Shown one piece after another: positions 26,901-42,100 of a stretch of DNA of 64,000 nt (positions are counted from its first letter, which is position 1; every line of letters begins with the position of its first letter). The stretch is from Leptogorgia sarmentosa (Eukaryota). The position numbers and the translations under genes are program-made. Below the pieces are notes generated by a model. It saw only the letters and a program-made list of their open reading frames with translations. It had not been told where the DNA came from and searched no databases. The stretch lies in the NCBI GenBank assembly GCA_964658305.1, contig OZ210885.1:23064001-23128000 (forward strand). The letters are read 5' to 3'.

Positions 26901-29389
26901 TATATCCAAAATGAGAAAAGACGATTCTACTCCTACGTCGCTAATCAAGTCCAGATAATTCGACAAATTTCCAGTCCAACGCAATGGAGATACGTGGATG
27001 CATCAATCAATCCTGCTGATCTAGTAACGAGAAGCATTAGTCCTAAGCAGTTGCTGAATACCCAATGGTTTCAAGGACCAGAGTTCCTACGCAATCCTCA
27101 TCAATTGTCACCTAGCCCGCATGTTGAGATGCCACTGAACGAAGAAGATCCTGAGATCCGATCCTTGCTTGCCCTAAAATCAAATGTGCAACAACACGTT
27201 TAAAGATTGGGCTCAAGGAGATTTGAACGGTTTTCAAGATGGTCCACGCTTCGAAGAGCTGTTGCAAGGCTGATTTTGAAAATTAGAACTTTTAAGTTGT
27301 GTTGAGATCTGGATGGGGAAAAGAGCTCCATGAGACCTGTACAGCCAAATTCCGAAAACATCCAAAGAAGAATATCTTCAGACTGTTGTGTAACCCTCGT
27401 TTCCAGGTCCTAATACTAATTATGTATGCGCGGGACTGGAGGGGGAATAAAGATGGCGTAAGACGACCATGTGCTTTGTACTTGTAGTTGTAGTATACTT
27501 CTAGTTTATTATCACAGATTCACGGTAACGGTACACAGACCTGCTCAAATCCGCTGAAGAAGTCTTAACCAAGACTGTGCAGGGAGAATCGTTCGCTCCA
27601 GAGATCGACGCATTGACTTACTCCAGAGTTCATTTCGACAGGACGTTGACGCACAAAGAACACAACGTCAAAACGTCTCACCTATATCGTCTCGACCTGT
27701 TTCTAGATGAATACGGCATTCTTCGTGTCAGCGGCAGAACTCGTCGTTCCCATCAGACATACCTTGAAAAGCACCCCGCTTTCCTTCCTAAAGATCATTA
27801 TCTTTCCTACCTCGTAATAAATCACTACCACGAAAAAACCCACCATCTTGGTCGGCTAATATCTCAAGGTGCCGTGTTGCAAGGAGGATTCTGGATAATT
27901 AGCTGCAGACGAATGGTGTCCAAACTAATCAACCGATGTGTAACCTGTAAACGACTTAGAGGAAAAGTTCAAGAACAACATATGTCGGATCTGCCATTTG
28001 ATCGCTTAGAGATGCCGCCGCCCTTCACTAACGTCGGATTTGATGTCTTCGGACCCTGGGTCATCCATATGCGTAAGCTTAGAGGAAGGACTTCCAATTC
28101 TAAACGATGGGGCCTTATCTTCCCGTGTCTTAATTCCAGAGCGGTATATATCGAGGTACTAGATAGTATGGATTCAAGTTCATTTATATGCGGTATAAGA
28201 AGATTCTTTGCTGTCCGTAGCCCAGCCGCCGTACTGAGATGTGATCGCGGTACCAACTTCCTTGGGGGAAAACAGAATTAGAAAACGCCTTAAACGAAAT
28301 GGACCAAGATTCAATCCAACATTATCTCAGTGAAGAAGGGTGCCAATGGTTGTTTAACCCTCCTCATGCATCTCACTTTGGGGGAACGTGGGAAAGACAA
28401 ATCGGTACGATTAGACGTGTTCTAGACGTCATGCTTGCAAAACTCGGACCTCGTCAACTTACTCATGATTTGCTCGTAACCTTGATGGCCGAAGTCAGCG
28501 CCATAGTTAATGCTTGTCCAATTGGCGTTCTACCCACAGACCCTGATCATCCTCAAGCATTATCTCCTGCAATGTTGTTGACCATGAAAACTCGATCTTT
28601 ACCTTCTCCTCCCGGAAGATTTACAGCACAAGACATCTACTCAAGTAAATACTGGAGACAAGTCCAATATGTCGCGCAACAATTTTGGATTCGCTGGAAA
28701 CAACAATACCTACAAGGACTACAGTAGAGAACAAAATGGAACATCCGAGAACGTGATCTACAACCGGGAGACATTGTAATAATGAAAGAAGAAACACCAC
28801 ATAACTATTGGAAAATGGGAAGAATTGTTAACGCAATACAAAGTGAGGATGGCAAAGTAAGGAAAGCAGAAGTAGCAGTTTCGTACCATGGAACAATCAA
28901 ACGGTATCTGAGACCCATCAAGGAATTCGTCGTGCTCATTCGTGCTGAAGAACAGTGAATATAGGTAGCGAGGACTGTGTCCTCAGGCGGGGAGTGTCAT
29001 GGTTTATTCAAACCTTATTCAAATGTTAGCTTAATTATATTTCCGGTGTTACCATTTGACCTCATTATGTATTGGTAATTAATTCATATGCATGTTTAAT
29101 CAGCATTCTTGTTATTGCACCAGACTTTACCAAGTTGTTTTTGCTTTTTATCGTATAACAGTCGTCAGAGTTAGACCATTATCACTCTACTATTGAACTA
29201 TCTTGGATATAGACTCGAGATAGACAACTTAGACTTTTTACCGAGAATACAACTACATTGTCTTTCTGTATATTTCGTTTCGTTAATCTCTGTCTGTAAT
29301 TGGACTGTATATTATATTAATAAATACTACATGCAGAATGTGTTTCGGTTATTACTTTGTTCTTAATTTTAATCGAAAGACGCGATACA
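23910..29389 (+). mobile_element. BEL/Pao element B, decayed gag-pro-RT-RH-INT with 3' LTR
   Basis: Gag with CQFH / CFRC..KGH...C knuckles, WYLPHFG, FYIDD, GFDVFGP, CDRGTNF, HFGGTWER. PPT CAGGCGGGGAG then LTR 28995 to about 29389. Confidence 0.93.
27297..27537. mobile_element. About 240-bp insertion in BEL B pol, possibly a solo LTR
   Basis: Interrupts pol between KIRTFK and DLLKSAEEV. TG...CA-like ends and AATAAA on the minus strand. No TSD seen. Confidence 0.4.
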
Positions 29390-30163
29390 TGTTTTATGCG
29401 GGATTTAGTCAAGAAACCAGCGAGCAGTACATCGGTAAACGTTTTAAGTGAAAATTGCATATTTCCACCGATGGGAATAAACGAGACAATGGATATGCAT
29501 TTTTAATCAACAAATTTTCAAAGATTTACATATTTATCATTCAGATTCACTTTTGCTGAATATGAAAACTCGCGCTAATTTGAATATTTGAATTACAATG
29601 ATAATTGCAGATGATTAAGATGTTTAAACCTCTTGGGACTAAATTTCAAAAGAAACGCCTGCAATTCCCATCAGTGGAAATATGCGATATTCACTTAAAA
29701 CGTTCACCGAAGCACTGCTCGCTGGTTTCTTAACTAAATACCACATAAAACGTGTCATCAAAGTTAATGAACTGAACTTTCGAAAGATGTCAAACTCGAT
29801 GAAATCCATCAACGATTTGGTGAAATATGGTGCGCCACATTTGTGTTACCATTTTTTTTATACACCCTGTATATCAAATCTGAAAGATATATTTACTGTT
29901 TTAAGTTCGTGAATTCACTTGCTGCTCTGAAAAATGTACTAACAAGATGGACTATGGCACATTAGCAGTTGCAAGAAAAGCGTTTGAAAGCTACTCGATC
30001 AAAGCACAAAATCAGTGGATATTGGATTATGTTACAAACCACAGGCAAACACAAATAAGTGTGGTTCGTCTCGTGTTTAGCAAGACACGCAAAACACGGC
30101 ATACCAAGGCTAGTCGAATAATTCGTCCTAGACGAGATTATTCATCTTTCTGGCTAAATACGC

Positions 30164-33100
30164 TGTAGCGTATATCTGGCGATAAGGACGAGTTCCCCAC
30201 TGAATCGACAATCGACGTTTTGTGTTTGATTTATATAATTGGTCGACACGTAAAAACTGCAGATAAGCAAACAACATTTAAATACATATACAACTAAACA
30301 GGACTACATATACGAATCACATAAGTATCACTGACATATAAAACATATAGTGATATATAACATACCTCTGTCCCCGTATTTTACAATAAACTACAGTAAG
30401 AACGATTGTACGAATGATTTCGAGTATTAACAGATACGATGTCAGTTACCAGATACGAATACGTCCAGGAGCGTTTACTTTTATACTAAATTTGCATACA
30501 CGTGACACAATACCTTACAACACATACGTCACACTACATTACAACACATACGTCACATTACATTACATGGCTCCTCTAAATTGAGCTAACAATTTAAACT
30601 ATATACTGTTTTCAATTTGATCGAGGCTCCTCGATGGGGAATCCCCGGTTTTCATCATCTGAGATTAGAACAACAATCTTCTGAATCGGTCTTTCCAAGT
30701 ATGTCGATGCACCGTGACGCTTTCCGTTTTTGTCAAGATGTGAATTGGCTGTAATAACTTTCACTTTTCTGGTTAATCCATCTTTGCTGGTATACGTTTC
30801 CACTACATGAGCTAAAAGCCAACGATTTCTTGGGAGATTATCTTCTACAACGAGAACTATGTCTCCGATCATTACATTCTTTCTTGGGCGGATCCATTTT
30901 TGGCGTGTCTGTAGTGACTGAAGAAATCCCTTTCGCCATTGGTTCCAAAATTCATTAGTGAGGTATTGAATTCGACGCCATCGCTTCCGAGAGTAAAGAT
31001 CAGCACGCTGGAAGTCTCCAGGTGGAGGAAGAAGAACATTACTTTTCATCGTAAGGAGGTTATTTGGGGATAATGGCGTCAATTCAAACGTATTCTCCGT
31101 CGTCAGAGGTCGACTGTTGACGATAGCTTCAGCTTCTACCATAAGAGTATGGAGTAGTTCATCATCTAATTGTCTTCCATGGTTGCTAAGTAGAATACGA
31201 GTTTGCCGCTCCCATATTCCTCCCATGTGACTTGCATGGGGAACGTTTGATTTGAACTCCAACAGGTCACAATTATCTTTGATCAACTCACGTTTGATCT
31301 TCTCCACATCCATTTCTTTGACGGCTGCGTTGAGCTCATTCTCTGCTCCGATAAAATTCGTACCGCGGTCTGATCGTAGCTGGACCACGACCTACGAAAC
31401 GCTGATACGCATTCAAAAACAAGTTGGTATCAAGAGAGTTGGCTACTTCCAAATGAATAGCTCTGGAGGCCATGCAAGTAAACAAAACGCCATATCTTTT
31501 CACTTCTCGACGACCGTCCTTTATTATCCATGGACCGAAGCAGTCAACTGCTGAATACGTAAATGGTGGTGCAGGCTCTAGTCGATCTTTTGGCAAGTCC
31601 GCCATTTTCTGCCTTTGAGGAAAACTTCTCCATCTTCGACATTTAACACAATGATGGATATAATGGTTGATTGCCGAAGTAGCTCCAATGATCCAATATC
31701 CCGATGAACGTATGTGATTCAGGGTTATTCCTCGCCCTTGATGTTCACATCGCTGATGGTGATGAGCAACGAGTAATTTCGTCAGGTGACAATCTTTAGG
31801 AATAATGTAGGGGTGCTTGATATCTGTTGGTAGGTTTGATCGATCGATACGTCCACCTACTCGAAGTAGGCCATCTTCATCGAGGAAGGGATCTAATTTA
31901 TACAGGGCACTTATTCTTTTTATGGTGGCATGATGGGACGAATTCGTTCCATTATCGTGGTCGCTGCAGGATCGAGATTGAAAAGCTTTGATGGTTTCGA
32001 TCTCTTCACCAAATGATCTCTTTTGAGCATTCCGTATGATTGCTTTTTCCGCCTCTTTTAGGTCTGCCACGTTGAGTGGAGCGTATGGAATCGTAGTCTC
32101 ATCATCATTTGTAGGGGACTCAGACTTCCTCGCTTTACTCCGCAGAATATTCTTGTATCTCAGACATAAAGCTAGCGACCGTTTAGCTCTATTCAGATCA
32201 GAGAAATAACGTAAACGTTCTTCCAAATCGTCGACTTCACTAGACTTTGTTGAAAGAGAAGAAGCTTTTACTTCTGCATCATCGGTTGGCAGGATTGATA
32301 TATTCTCGATAAGCCCATAGTTATCCTCGACTGGTGACCACAAGAATTCTGGACCATTCCACCACTCCTTACAGTTGATCAGACCTTCTGCATAAATGCC
32401 ACGTGAAGCATAATCGGCAGGGTTAGTTTTCGTGTCTATATATCTCCATTCCGACTCAGAAGTGAGATCGTGTATTTGCTGGACTCTGTTGGCCACGAAT
32501 ACGTGAAAGCGACAAGCTGAATTGTTGATGTAACTCAGAACAATTTGACTGTCTGTCCAAAACACTTGTTTAAGAACTTCAAACTCCAGTTCCTTTTGAA
32601 GAAGGGCATTAACTTTTGCAGAAACGAGGGCGGCTGTTAATTCCAACCTTGGGATCGTAATCATCTTGATTGGAGCAACTCGGGACTTGGACATCACTAA
32701 TGTACAGTGAATTTCATTCCGATCGTTGATAAGCCTTAAATAGGAACACTGGCCATAACCAACTTGCGAGGCATCGGAAAAATTGTGAAGCTCTGCGGTA
32801 ACGACGTGCCCAAAGTTCTTTGACTTATAGCATTTGGGAACTTTAAGACAAGCAAGTAAGCAAAGTTCACGAAGCCAACGTTCCCAACGAGCTCGCATTC
32901 TTTCAGGAATTTCATCGTCCCAGTTAGATTTATCTCTGCATAATTCCTGGAGGATTTGCTTGCCAATAAGGACAAACGGTGATAGAAGACCTAATGGGTC
33001 ATAGACAGAGCTAATCGTTGATAGTAGTCCTCGTCGAGTCATCGGTCGTTCGGACAGCACAACTTGGAATTGGAATGTATCCGATTCAGCATACCATTGA

Positions 33101-36100
33101 ACTCCGAGCGTTCTTTCCACAGGAAGACTGTCGTGTACTAAGTCGAGGTCTTCCAAGCCTTTTGCCAGATCTCTCGGAGGAACAGATTGTAGAACTTCTT
33201 TGTTGTTGGACATAAATTTATGTAAGCGAAAACCACCCTTAGCGCATAGCTCCTTGGTTTCTGTGATGAGGTTCACTGCGTCATCAGGCGTGGGTAATGA
33301 CGTCAAACCATCGTCAACGTAGAAATTCTTTCGTACAAACTCAGCAGCTCGAGATCCACATTCCGCTTCCGCGTCGTTTGCTGTTGTCTTGAGGGCCACG
33401 TTGGCGCATCCAGGTGACGAAGTCGCGCCAAATAAATGCACTGTCATCCTGTAGGTTACTGGAACTTTATTTGTGTCTCCTTCTTCCCACCAAAGAAAAC
33501 GAAGCAGATCTCTATGTTCTTTGTTGACGTTGACTTGGTAAAACATCTTTTCAATATCACAGGTTACAGCGACAGGTTCCTGTCGGAAGCGACATAACAC
33601 TCCTAAAAGGTTGTTCGTCAGATCGGGTCCCGGAAGTAAGCGGCGATTCAGTGACTCTCTCCTTTGTATTCAATACTACAGTCGAAAACGACTCTTATTT
33701 TTCCAGGTTTCTTTGGATGATAAATCCCGTGGTGAGGCAAATACCATGTTTTTCCTTTGGGCTCATCCTTTTCTTCATCGACTCTTTCTGCATAACCATT
33801 CTGTATGATCTCATTCATGAATGTTACGTAATCACTTTTATACTGTCCGTCTCTGTTCATTTTGTTCTTGAGTTTGTTCAAGCGATATACGGCCTGCTCA
33901 CGATTATTTGGGAATTCATAACCTGAGTTCTTTAAGGGAAGAGGGATTTCATAATGGCAGTCTGGTTTTTGGTGGATTCCTTTAGAGACAATGTCCATGA
34001 ATTTGCGATCTTCGTATGAAAGAGGCTTTTCTTCAGCGACTTCACTGAAATCTTGCTCTAGCATTTTATTCACTTGATTTGGGGTAATTATGATCTCCTT
34101 TGTTTTGGTTTTGAAGGCAAAACGGCAATGTTGGTGTTCTCACCGTCCTTAATCTCCCGAACTTCTATTTTGTTCACGTTTGCAACACCATCAAGTTCTT
34201 CACTTGAATTAATCTTTCCTATAATACCCCAGCCTAGAGCTGTTCGAATGGCGTACGGATCATCATCCTTGCCAGGAATTACTTCTCGTGGCTTAATTGC
34301 TCGAGGACAGTTGGTTCCTATGACTAATCCAATTTCTACGTCATCAAGAGGTTTCATAATTTCATTTGAAATTTGCAGCAAATGTGGCCATAATTTAGCA
34401 CTATCAGGGTCGGGAATCTGGCTATTTTGACTGATGTAGCCCTTAATAGCATCTTTGGCTTCGCCCGCTGTATATTTTGCCAAGTAGAACAAGCGTTCTG
34501 AGGTCTTTTGGGTTTGATTCTCAATTATGGTTTCAAATGATTTAATCCACCGCGGAAAGTGCATCAAATCTCCTCGGAAGATCTCTGGCTCAGGCAGGGG
34601 TAACTTATCTCTGCTTTGTCTTTCGGTCAGAAGATCTGCCAAACGGGTTAAAGGGTCGTCACTTTGGACTCGTTGTGACGGCACAGGTAGTTGAGGATTA
34701 CGTTGTAAATGCATAGCGTCATTAGAACAAGATAGTGGTGTCGGAACTGTAACGCGTGGATATTCACTTGACGAAGTTGGATTTATCGTAGAAAATGGAG
34801 TCGAGTACACTAGGTTTGGTTGATAGAATCCATGATGCGGAAAGGACTCACCGAATGAAGTAGCTCGAGGTAATGCTGTGGTGTTAGGTAATCTCGATGG
34901 ATGATGCAATGATGCTGGACCTTGAAAGGCTACGGTGGAGGTCGGTAAAATACTGGAAGGGATAAATGGATGCGCAGTAAGATTCCATTCAGAAATTCGA
35001 GGAGAGGTGTCACTAGTATTTCCAAAAGGTTCGCTTGGTTGTAATGAATCAGATTGTTCCTTCACATATTTGTGAACACGTTCAAGAGGACTCTGTACTT
35101 GTTCAGGAGGCTTGCATGAACCAGTTGCTGTGCCACGTTCTACATTCTCTCCTACTATATCCAATTTTTCAACTGCTTCTATTGCGGCCTCATGCGCTGC
35201 TAACTCTTTCGTCATTTGAATTCTTTTGAGTTCCATCTCTTTTTCCTTTTCTATTTCCAGGAAACTCAGTTCGGTTTTCAACTGCGCGTGTTTTGACACT
35301 ATTTTTGCCATGACCGAGGATCGTGATGAACGTGAAGAGCGTGAAGTTCGCAAACTGCGTGCAGCTACTGTTTCAGTCGTTGTAGGATTTTGTTGACGTC
35401 CAATCATACAAATTTCGTCGATTCTACCAGTGAGGGCGGCATAACAATTATCGTACTGTTCGGTCCATAACTTGTACCGACTGTCCAACTCGCCTCTTTC
35501 TTCATCGTTGTATAATTTAGCTAATTTTTCGTAGATCTGAATTAGTTCGTTCATCTCATTTTTTGACACGTTGCCAACGTTGACGAGTTCATTTCGTCTG
35601 CTAAAAGTGACTTAACATTTTCAATTTCATTTCTCCAGCCGCGCAATACCTTTGTTAATTCTTTTTCAGCTAATTCCTTTGCGTAATTTAATCCTCTTTC
35701 TGTAGGAACACGGCCCGTATACGTCGTTGCTGTGACTACCGTCACGGCTCATGATTTCTGTGATTGCACAATGTGTCTGATTCACACTTCCATCAGCACG
35801 CTGGAAGTCTCCAGGTGGAGGAAGAAGAACATTACTTTTCATCGTAAGGAGGTTATTTGGGGATAATGGCGTCAATTCAAACGTATTCTCCGTCGTCAGA
35901 GGTCGACTGTTGACGATAGCTTCAGCTTCTACCATAAGAGTATGGAGTAGTTCATCATCTAATTGTCTTCCATGGTTGCTAAGTAGAATACGAGTTTGCC
36001 GCTCCCATATTCCTCCCATGTGACTTGCATGGGGAACGTTTGATTTGAACTCCAACAGGTCACAATTATCTTTGATCAACTCACGTTTGATCTTCTCCAC

Positions 36101-39100
36101 ATCCATTTCTTTGACGGCTGCGTTGAGCTCATTCTCTGCTCCGATAAAATTCGTACCGCGGTCTGATCGTAGCTGGACCACGACCTACGAAACGCTGATA
36201 CGCATTCAAAAACAAGTTGGTATCAAGAGAGTTGGCTACTTCCAAATGAATAGCTCTGGAGGCCATGCAAGTAAACAAAACGCCATATCTTTTCACTTCT
36301 CGACGACCGTCCTTTATTATCCATGGACCGAAGCAGTCAACTGCTGAATACGTAAATGGTGGTGCAGGCTCTAGTCGATCTTTTGGCAAGTCCGCCATTT
36401 TCTGCCTTTGAGGAAAACTTCTCCATCTTCGACATTTAACACAATGATGGATATAATGGTTGATTGCCGAAGTAGCTCCAATGATCCAATATCCCGATGA
36501 ACGTATGTGATTCAGGGTTATTCCTCGCCCTTGATGTTCACATCGCTGATGGTGATGAGCAACGAGTAATTTCGTCAGGTGACAATCTTTAGGAATAATG
36601 TAGGGGTGCTTGATATCTGTTGGTAGGTTTGATCGATCGATACGTCCACCTACTCGAAGTAGGCCATCTTCATCGAGGAAGGGATCTAATTTATACAGGG
36701 CACTTATTCTTTTTATGGTGGCATGATGGGACGAATTCGTTCCATTATCGTGGTCGCTGCAGGATCGAGATTGAAAAGCTTTGATGGTTTCGATCTCTTC
36801 ACCAAATGATCTCTTTTGAGCATTCCGTATGATTGCTTTTTCCGCCTCTTTTAGGTCTGCCACGTTGAGTGGAGCGTATGGAATCGTAGTCTCATCATCA
36901 TTTGTAGGGGACTCAGACTTCCTCGCTTTACTCCGCAGAATATTCTTGTATCTCAGACATAAAGCTAGCGACCGTTTAGCTCTATTCAGATCAGAGAAAT
37001 AACGTAAACGTTCTTCCAAATCGTCGACTTCACTAGACTTTGTTGAAAGAGAAGAAGCTTTTACTTCTGCATCATCGGTTGGCAGGATTGATATATTCTC
37101 GATAAGCCCATAGTTATCCTCGACTGGTGACCACAAGAATTCTGGACCATTCCACCACTCCTTACAGTTGATCAGACCTTCTGCATAAATGCCACGTGAA
37201 GCATAATCGGCAGGGTTAGTTTTCGTGTCTATATATCTCCATTCCGACTCAGAAGTGAGATCGTGTATTTGCTGGACTCTGTTGGCCACGAATACGTGAA
37301 AGCGACAAGCTGAATTGTTGATGTAACTCAGAACAATTTGACTGTCTGTCCAAAACACTTGTTTAAGAACTTCAAACTCCAGTTCCTTTTGAAGAAGGGC
37401 ATTAACTTTTGCAGAAACGAGGGCGGCTGTTAATTCCAACCTTGGGATCGTAATCATCTTGATTGGAGCAACTCGGGACTTGGACATCACTAATGTACAG
37501 TGAATTTCATTCCGATCGTTGATAAGCCTTAAATAGGAACACTGGCCATAACCAACTTGCGAGGCATCGGAAAAATTGTGAAGCTCTGCGGTAACGACGT
37601 GCCCAAAGTTCTTTGACTTATAGCATTTGGGAACTTTAAGACAAGCAAGTAAGCAAAGTTCACGAAGCCAACGTTCCCAACGAGCTCGCATTCTTTCAGG
37701 AATTTCATCGTCCCAGTTAGATTTATCTCTGCATAATTCCTGGAGGATTTGCTTGCCAATAAGGACAAACGGTGATAGAAGACCTAATGGGTCATAGACA
37801 GAGCTAATCGTTGATAGTAGTCCTCGTCGAGTCATCGGTCGTTCGGACAGCACAACTTGGAATTGGAATGTATCCGATTCAGCATACCATTGAACTCCGA
37901 GCGTTCTTTCCACAGGAAGACTGTCGTGTACTAAGTCGAGGTCTTCCAAGCCTTTTGCCAGATCTCTCGGAGGAACAGATTGTAGAACTTCTTTGTTGTT
38001 GGACATAAATTTATGTAAGCGAAAACCACCCTTAGCGCATAGCTCCTTGGTTTCTGTGATGAGGTTCACTGCGTCATCAGGCGTGGGTAATGACGTCAAA
38101 CCATCGTCAACGTAGAAATTCTTTCGTACAAACTCAGCAGCTCGAGATCCACATTCCGCTTCCGCGTCGTTTGCTGTTGTCTTGAGGGCCACGTTGGCGC
38201 ATCCAGGTGACGAAGTCGCGCCAAATAAATGCACTGTCATCCTGTAGGTTACTGGAACTTTATTTGTGTCTCCTTCTTCCCACCAAAGAAAACGAAGCAG
38301 ATCTCTATGTTCTTTGTTGACGTTGACTTGGTAAAACATCTTTTCAATATCACAGGTTACAGCGACAGGTTCCTGTCGGAAGCGACATAACACTCCTAAA
38401 AGGTTGTTCGTCAGATCGGGTCCCGGAAGTAAGCGGCGATTCAGTGACTCTCTCCTTTGTATTCAATACTACAGTCGAAAACGACTCTTATTTTTCCAGG
38501 TTTCTTTGGATGATAAATCCCGTGGTGAGGCAAATACCATGTTTTTCCTTTGGGCTCATCCTTTTCTTCATCGACTCTTTCTGCATAACCATTCTGTATG
38601 ATCTCATTCATGAATGTTACGTAATCACTTTTATACTGTCCGTCTCTGTTCATTTTGTTCTTGAGTTTGTTCAAGCGATATACGGCCTGCTCACGATTAT
38701 TTGGGAATTCATAACCTGAGTTCTTTAAGGGAAGAGGGATTTCATAATGGCAGTCTGGTTTTTGGTGGATTCCTTTAGAGACAATGTCCATGAATTTGCG
38801 ATCTTCGTATGAAAGAGGCTTTTCTTCAGCGACTTCACTGAAATCTTGCTCTAGCATTTTATTCACTTGATTTGGGGTAATTATGATCTCCTTTGTTTTG
38901 GTTTTGAAGGCAAAACGGCAATGTTTGTGTTCTCACCGTCCTTAATCTCCCGAACTTCTATTTTGTTCACGTTTGCAACACCATCAAGTTCTTCACTTGA
39001 ATTAATCTTTCCTATAATACCCCAGCCTAGAGCTGTTCGAATGGCGTACGGATCATCATCCTTGCCAGGAATTACTTCTCGTGGCTTAATTGCTCGAGGA

Positions 39101-42100
39101 CAGTTGGTTCCTATGACTAATCCAATTTCTACGTCATCAAGAGGTTTCATAATTTCATTTGAAATTTGCAGCAAATGTGGCCATAATTTAGCACTATCAG
39201 GGTCGGGAATCTGGCTATTTTGACTGATGTAGCCCTTAATAGCATCTTTGGCTTCGCCCGCTGTATATTTTGCCAAGTAGAACAAGCGTTCTGAGGTCTT
39301 TTGGGTTTGATTCTCAATTATGGTTTCAAATGATTTAATCCACCGCGGAAAGTGCATCAAATCTCCTCGGAAGATCTCTGGCTCAGGCAGGGGTAACTTA
39401 TCTCTGCTTTGTCTTTCGGTCAGAAGATCTGCCAAACGGGTTAAAGGGTCGTCACTTTGGACTCGTTGTGACGGCACAGGTAGTTGAGGATTACGTTGTA
39501 AATGCATAGCGTCATTAGAACAAGATAGTGGTGTCGGAACTGTAACGCGTGGATATTCACTTGACGAAGTTGGATTTATCGTAGAAAATGGAGTCGAGTA
39601 CACTAGGTTTGGTTGATAGAATCCATGATGCGGAAAGGACTCACCGAATGAAGTAGCTCGAGGTAATGCTGTGGTGTTAGGTAATCTCGATGGATGATGC
39701 AATGATGCTGGACCTTGAAAGGCTACGGTGGAGGTCGGTAAAATACTGGAAGGGATAAATGGATGCGCAGTAAGATTCCATTCAGAAATTCGAGGAGAGG
39801 TGTCACTAGTATTTCCAAAAGGTTCGCTTGGTTGTAATGAATCAGATTGTTCCTTCACATATTTGTGAACACGTTCAAGAGGACTCTGTACTTGTTCAGG
39901 AGGCTTGCATGAACCAGTTGCTGTGCCACGTTCTACATTCTCTCCTACTATATCCAATTTTTCAACTGCTTCTATTGCGGCCTCATGCGCTGCTAACTCT
40001 TTCGTCATTTGAATTCTTTTGAGTTCCATCTCTTTTTCCTTTTCTATTTCCAGGAAACTCAGTTCGGTTTTCAACTGCGCGTGTTTTGACACTATTTTTG
40101 CCATGACCGAGGATCGTGATGAACGTGAAGAGCGTGAAGTTCGCAAACTGCGTGCAGCTACTGTTTCAGTCGTTGTAGGATTTTGTTGACGTCCAATCAT
40201 ACAAATTTCGTCGATTCTACCAGTGAGGGCGGCATAACAATTATCGTACTGTTCGGTCCATAACTTGTACCGACTGTCCAACTCGCCTCTTTCTTCATCG
40301 TTGTATAATTTAGCTAATTTTTCGTAGATCTGAATTAGTTCGTTCATCTCATTTTTTGACACGTTGCCAACGTTGACGAGTTCATTTCGTCTGCTAAAAG
40401 TGACTTAACATTTTCAATTTCATTTCTCCAGCCGCGCAATACCTTTGTTAATTCTTTTTCAGCTAATTCCTTTGCGTAATTTAATCCTCTTTCTGTAGGA
40501 ACACGGCCCGTATACGTCGTTGCTGTGACTACCGTCACGGCTCATGATTTCTGTGATTGCACAATGTGTCTGATTCACACTTCCATCAGCACGCTGGAAG
40601 TCTCCAGGTGGAGGAAGAAGAACATTACTTTTCATCGTAAGGAGGTTATTTGGGGATAATGGCGTCAATTCAAACGTATTCTCCGTCGTCAGAGGTCGAC
40701 TGTTGACGATAGCTTCAGCTTCTACCATAAGAGTATGGAGTAGTTCATCATCTAATTGTCTTCCATGGTTGCTAAGTAGAATACGAGTTTGCCGCTCCCA
40801 TATTCCTCCCATGTGACTTGCATGGGGAACGTTTGATTTGAACTCCAACAGGTCACAATTATCTTTGATCAACTCACGTTTGATCTTCTCCACATCCATT
40901 TCTTTGACGGCTGCGTTGAGCTCATTCTCTGCTCCGATAAAATTCGTACCGCGGTCTGATCGTAGCTGGACCACGACCTACGAAACGCTGATACGCATTC
41001 AAAAACAAGTTGGTATCAAGAGAGTTGGCTACTTCCAAATGAATAGCTCTGGAGGCCATGCAAGTAAACAAAACGCCATATCTTTTCACTTCTCGACGAC
41101 CGTCCTTTATTATCCATGGACCGAAGCAGTCAACTGCTGAATACGTAAATGGTGGTGCAGGCTCTAGTCGATCTTTTGGCAAGTCCGCCATTTTCTGCCT
41201 TTGAGGAAAACTTCTCCATCTTCGACATTTAACACAATGATGGATATAATGGTTGATTGCCGAAGTAGCTCCAATGATCCAATATCCCGATGAACGTATG
41301 TGATTCAGGGTTATTCCTCGCCCTTGATGTTCACATCGCTGATGGTGATGAGCAACGAGTAATTTCGTCAGGTGACAATCTTTAGGAATAATGTAGGGGT
41401 GCTTGATATCTGTTGGTAGGTTTGATCGATCGATACGTCCACCTACTCGAAGTAGGCCATCTTCATCGAGGAAGGGATCTAATTTATACAGGGCACTTAT
41501 TCTTTTTATGGTGGCATGATGGGACGAATTCGTTCCATTATCGTGGTCGCTGCAGGATCGAGATTGAAAAGCTTTGATGGTTTCGATCTCTTCACCAAAT
41601 GATCTCTTTTGAGCATTCCGTATGATTGCTTTTTCCGCCTCTTTTAGGTCTGCCACGTTGAGTGGAGCGTATGGAATCGTAGTCTCATCATCATTTGTAG
41701 GGGACTCAGACTTCCTCGCTTTACTCCGCAGAATATTCTTGTATCTCAGACATAAAGCTAGCGACCGTTTAGCTCTATTCAGATCAGAGAAATAACGTAA
41801 ACGTTCTTCCAAATCGTCGACTTCACTAGACTTTGTTGAAAGAGAAGAAGCTTTTACTTCTGCATCATCGGTTGGCAGGATTGATATATTCTCGATAAGC
41901 CCATAGTTATCCTCGACTGGTGACCACAAGAATTCTGGACCATTCCACCACTCCTTACAGTTGATCAGACCTTCTGCATAAATGCCACGTGAAGCATAAT
42001 CGGCAGGGTTAGTTTTCGTGTCTATATATCTCCATTCCGACTCAGAAGTGAGATCGTGTATTTGCTGGACTCTGTTGGCCACGAATACGTGAAAGCGACA

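Larger units (their letters stand above)
20603..29869. mobile_element. Tc1/mariner-type MITE (family B) split by BEL insertions; pieces 20603-20719 and about 29388-29869
   Basis: TIR CAGGGTGTATAAAAAAAATGGTAACACAAATGTGG at both ends with TA flanks. The joined halves are collinear with the uninterrupted copy at 48699-49283. Confidence 0.9.
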
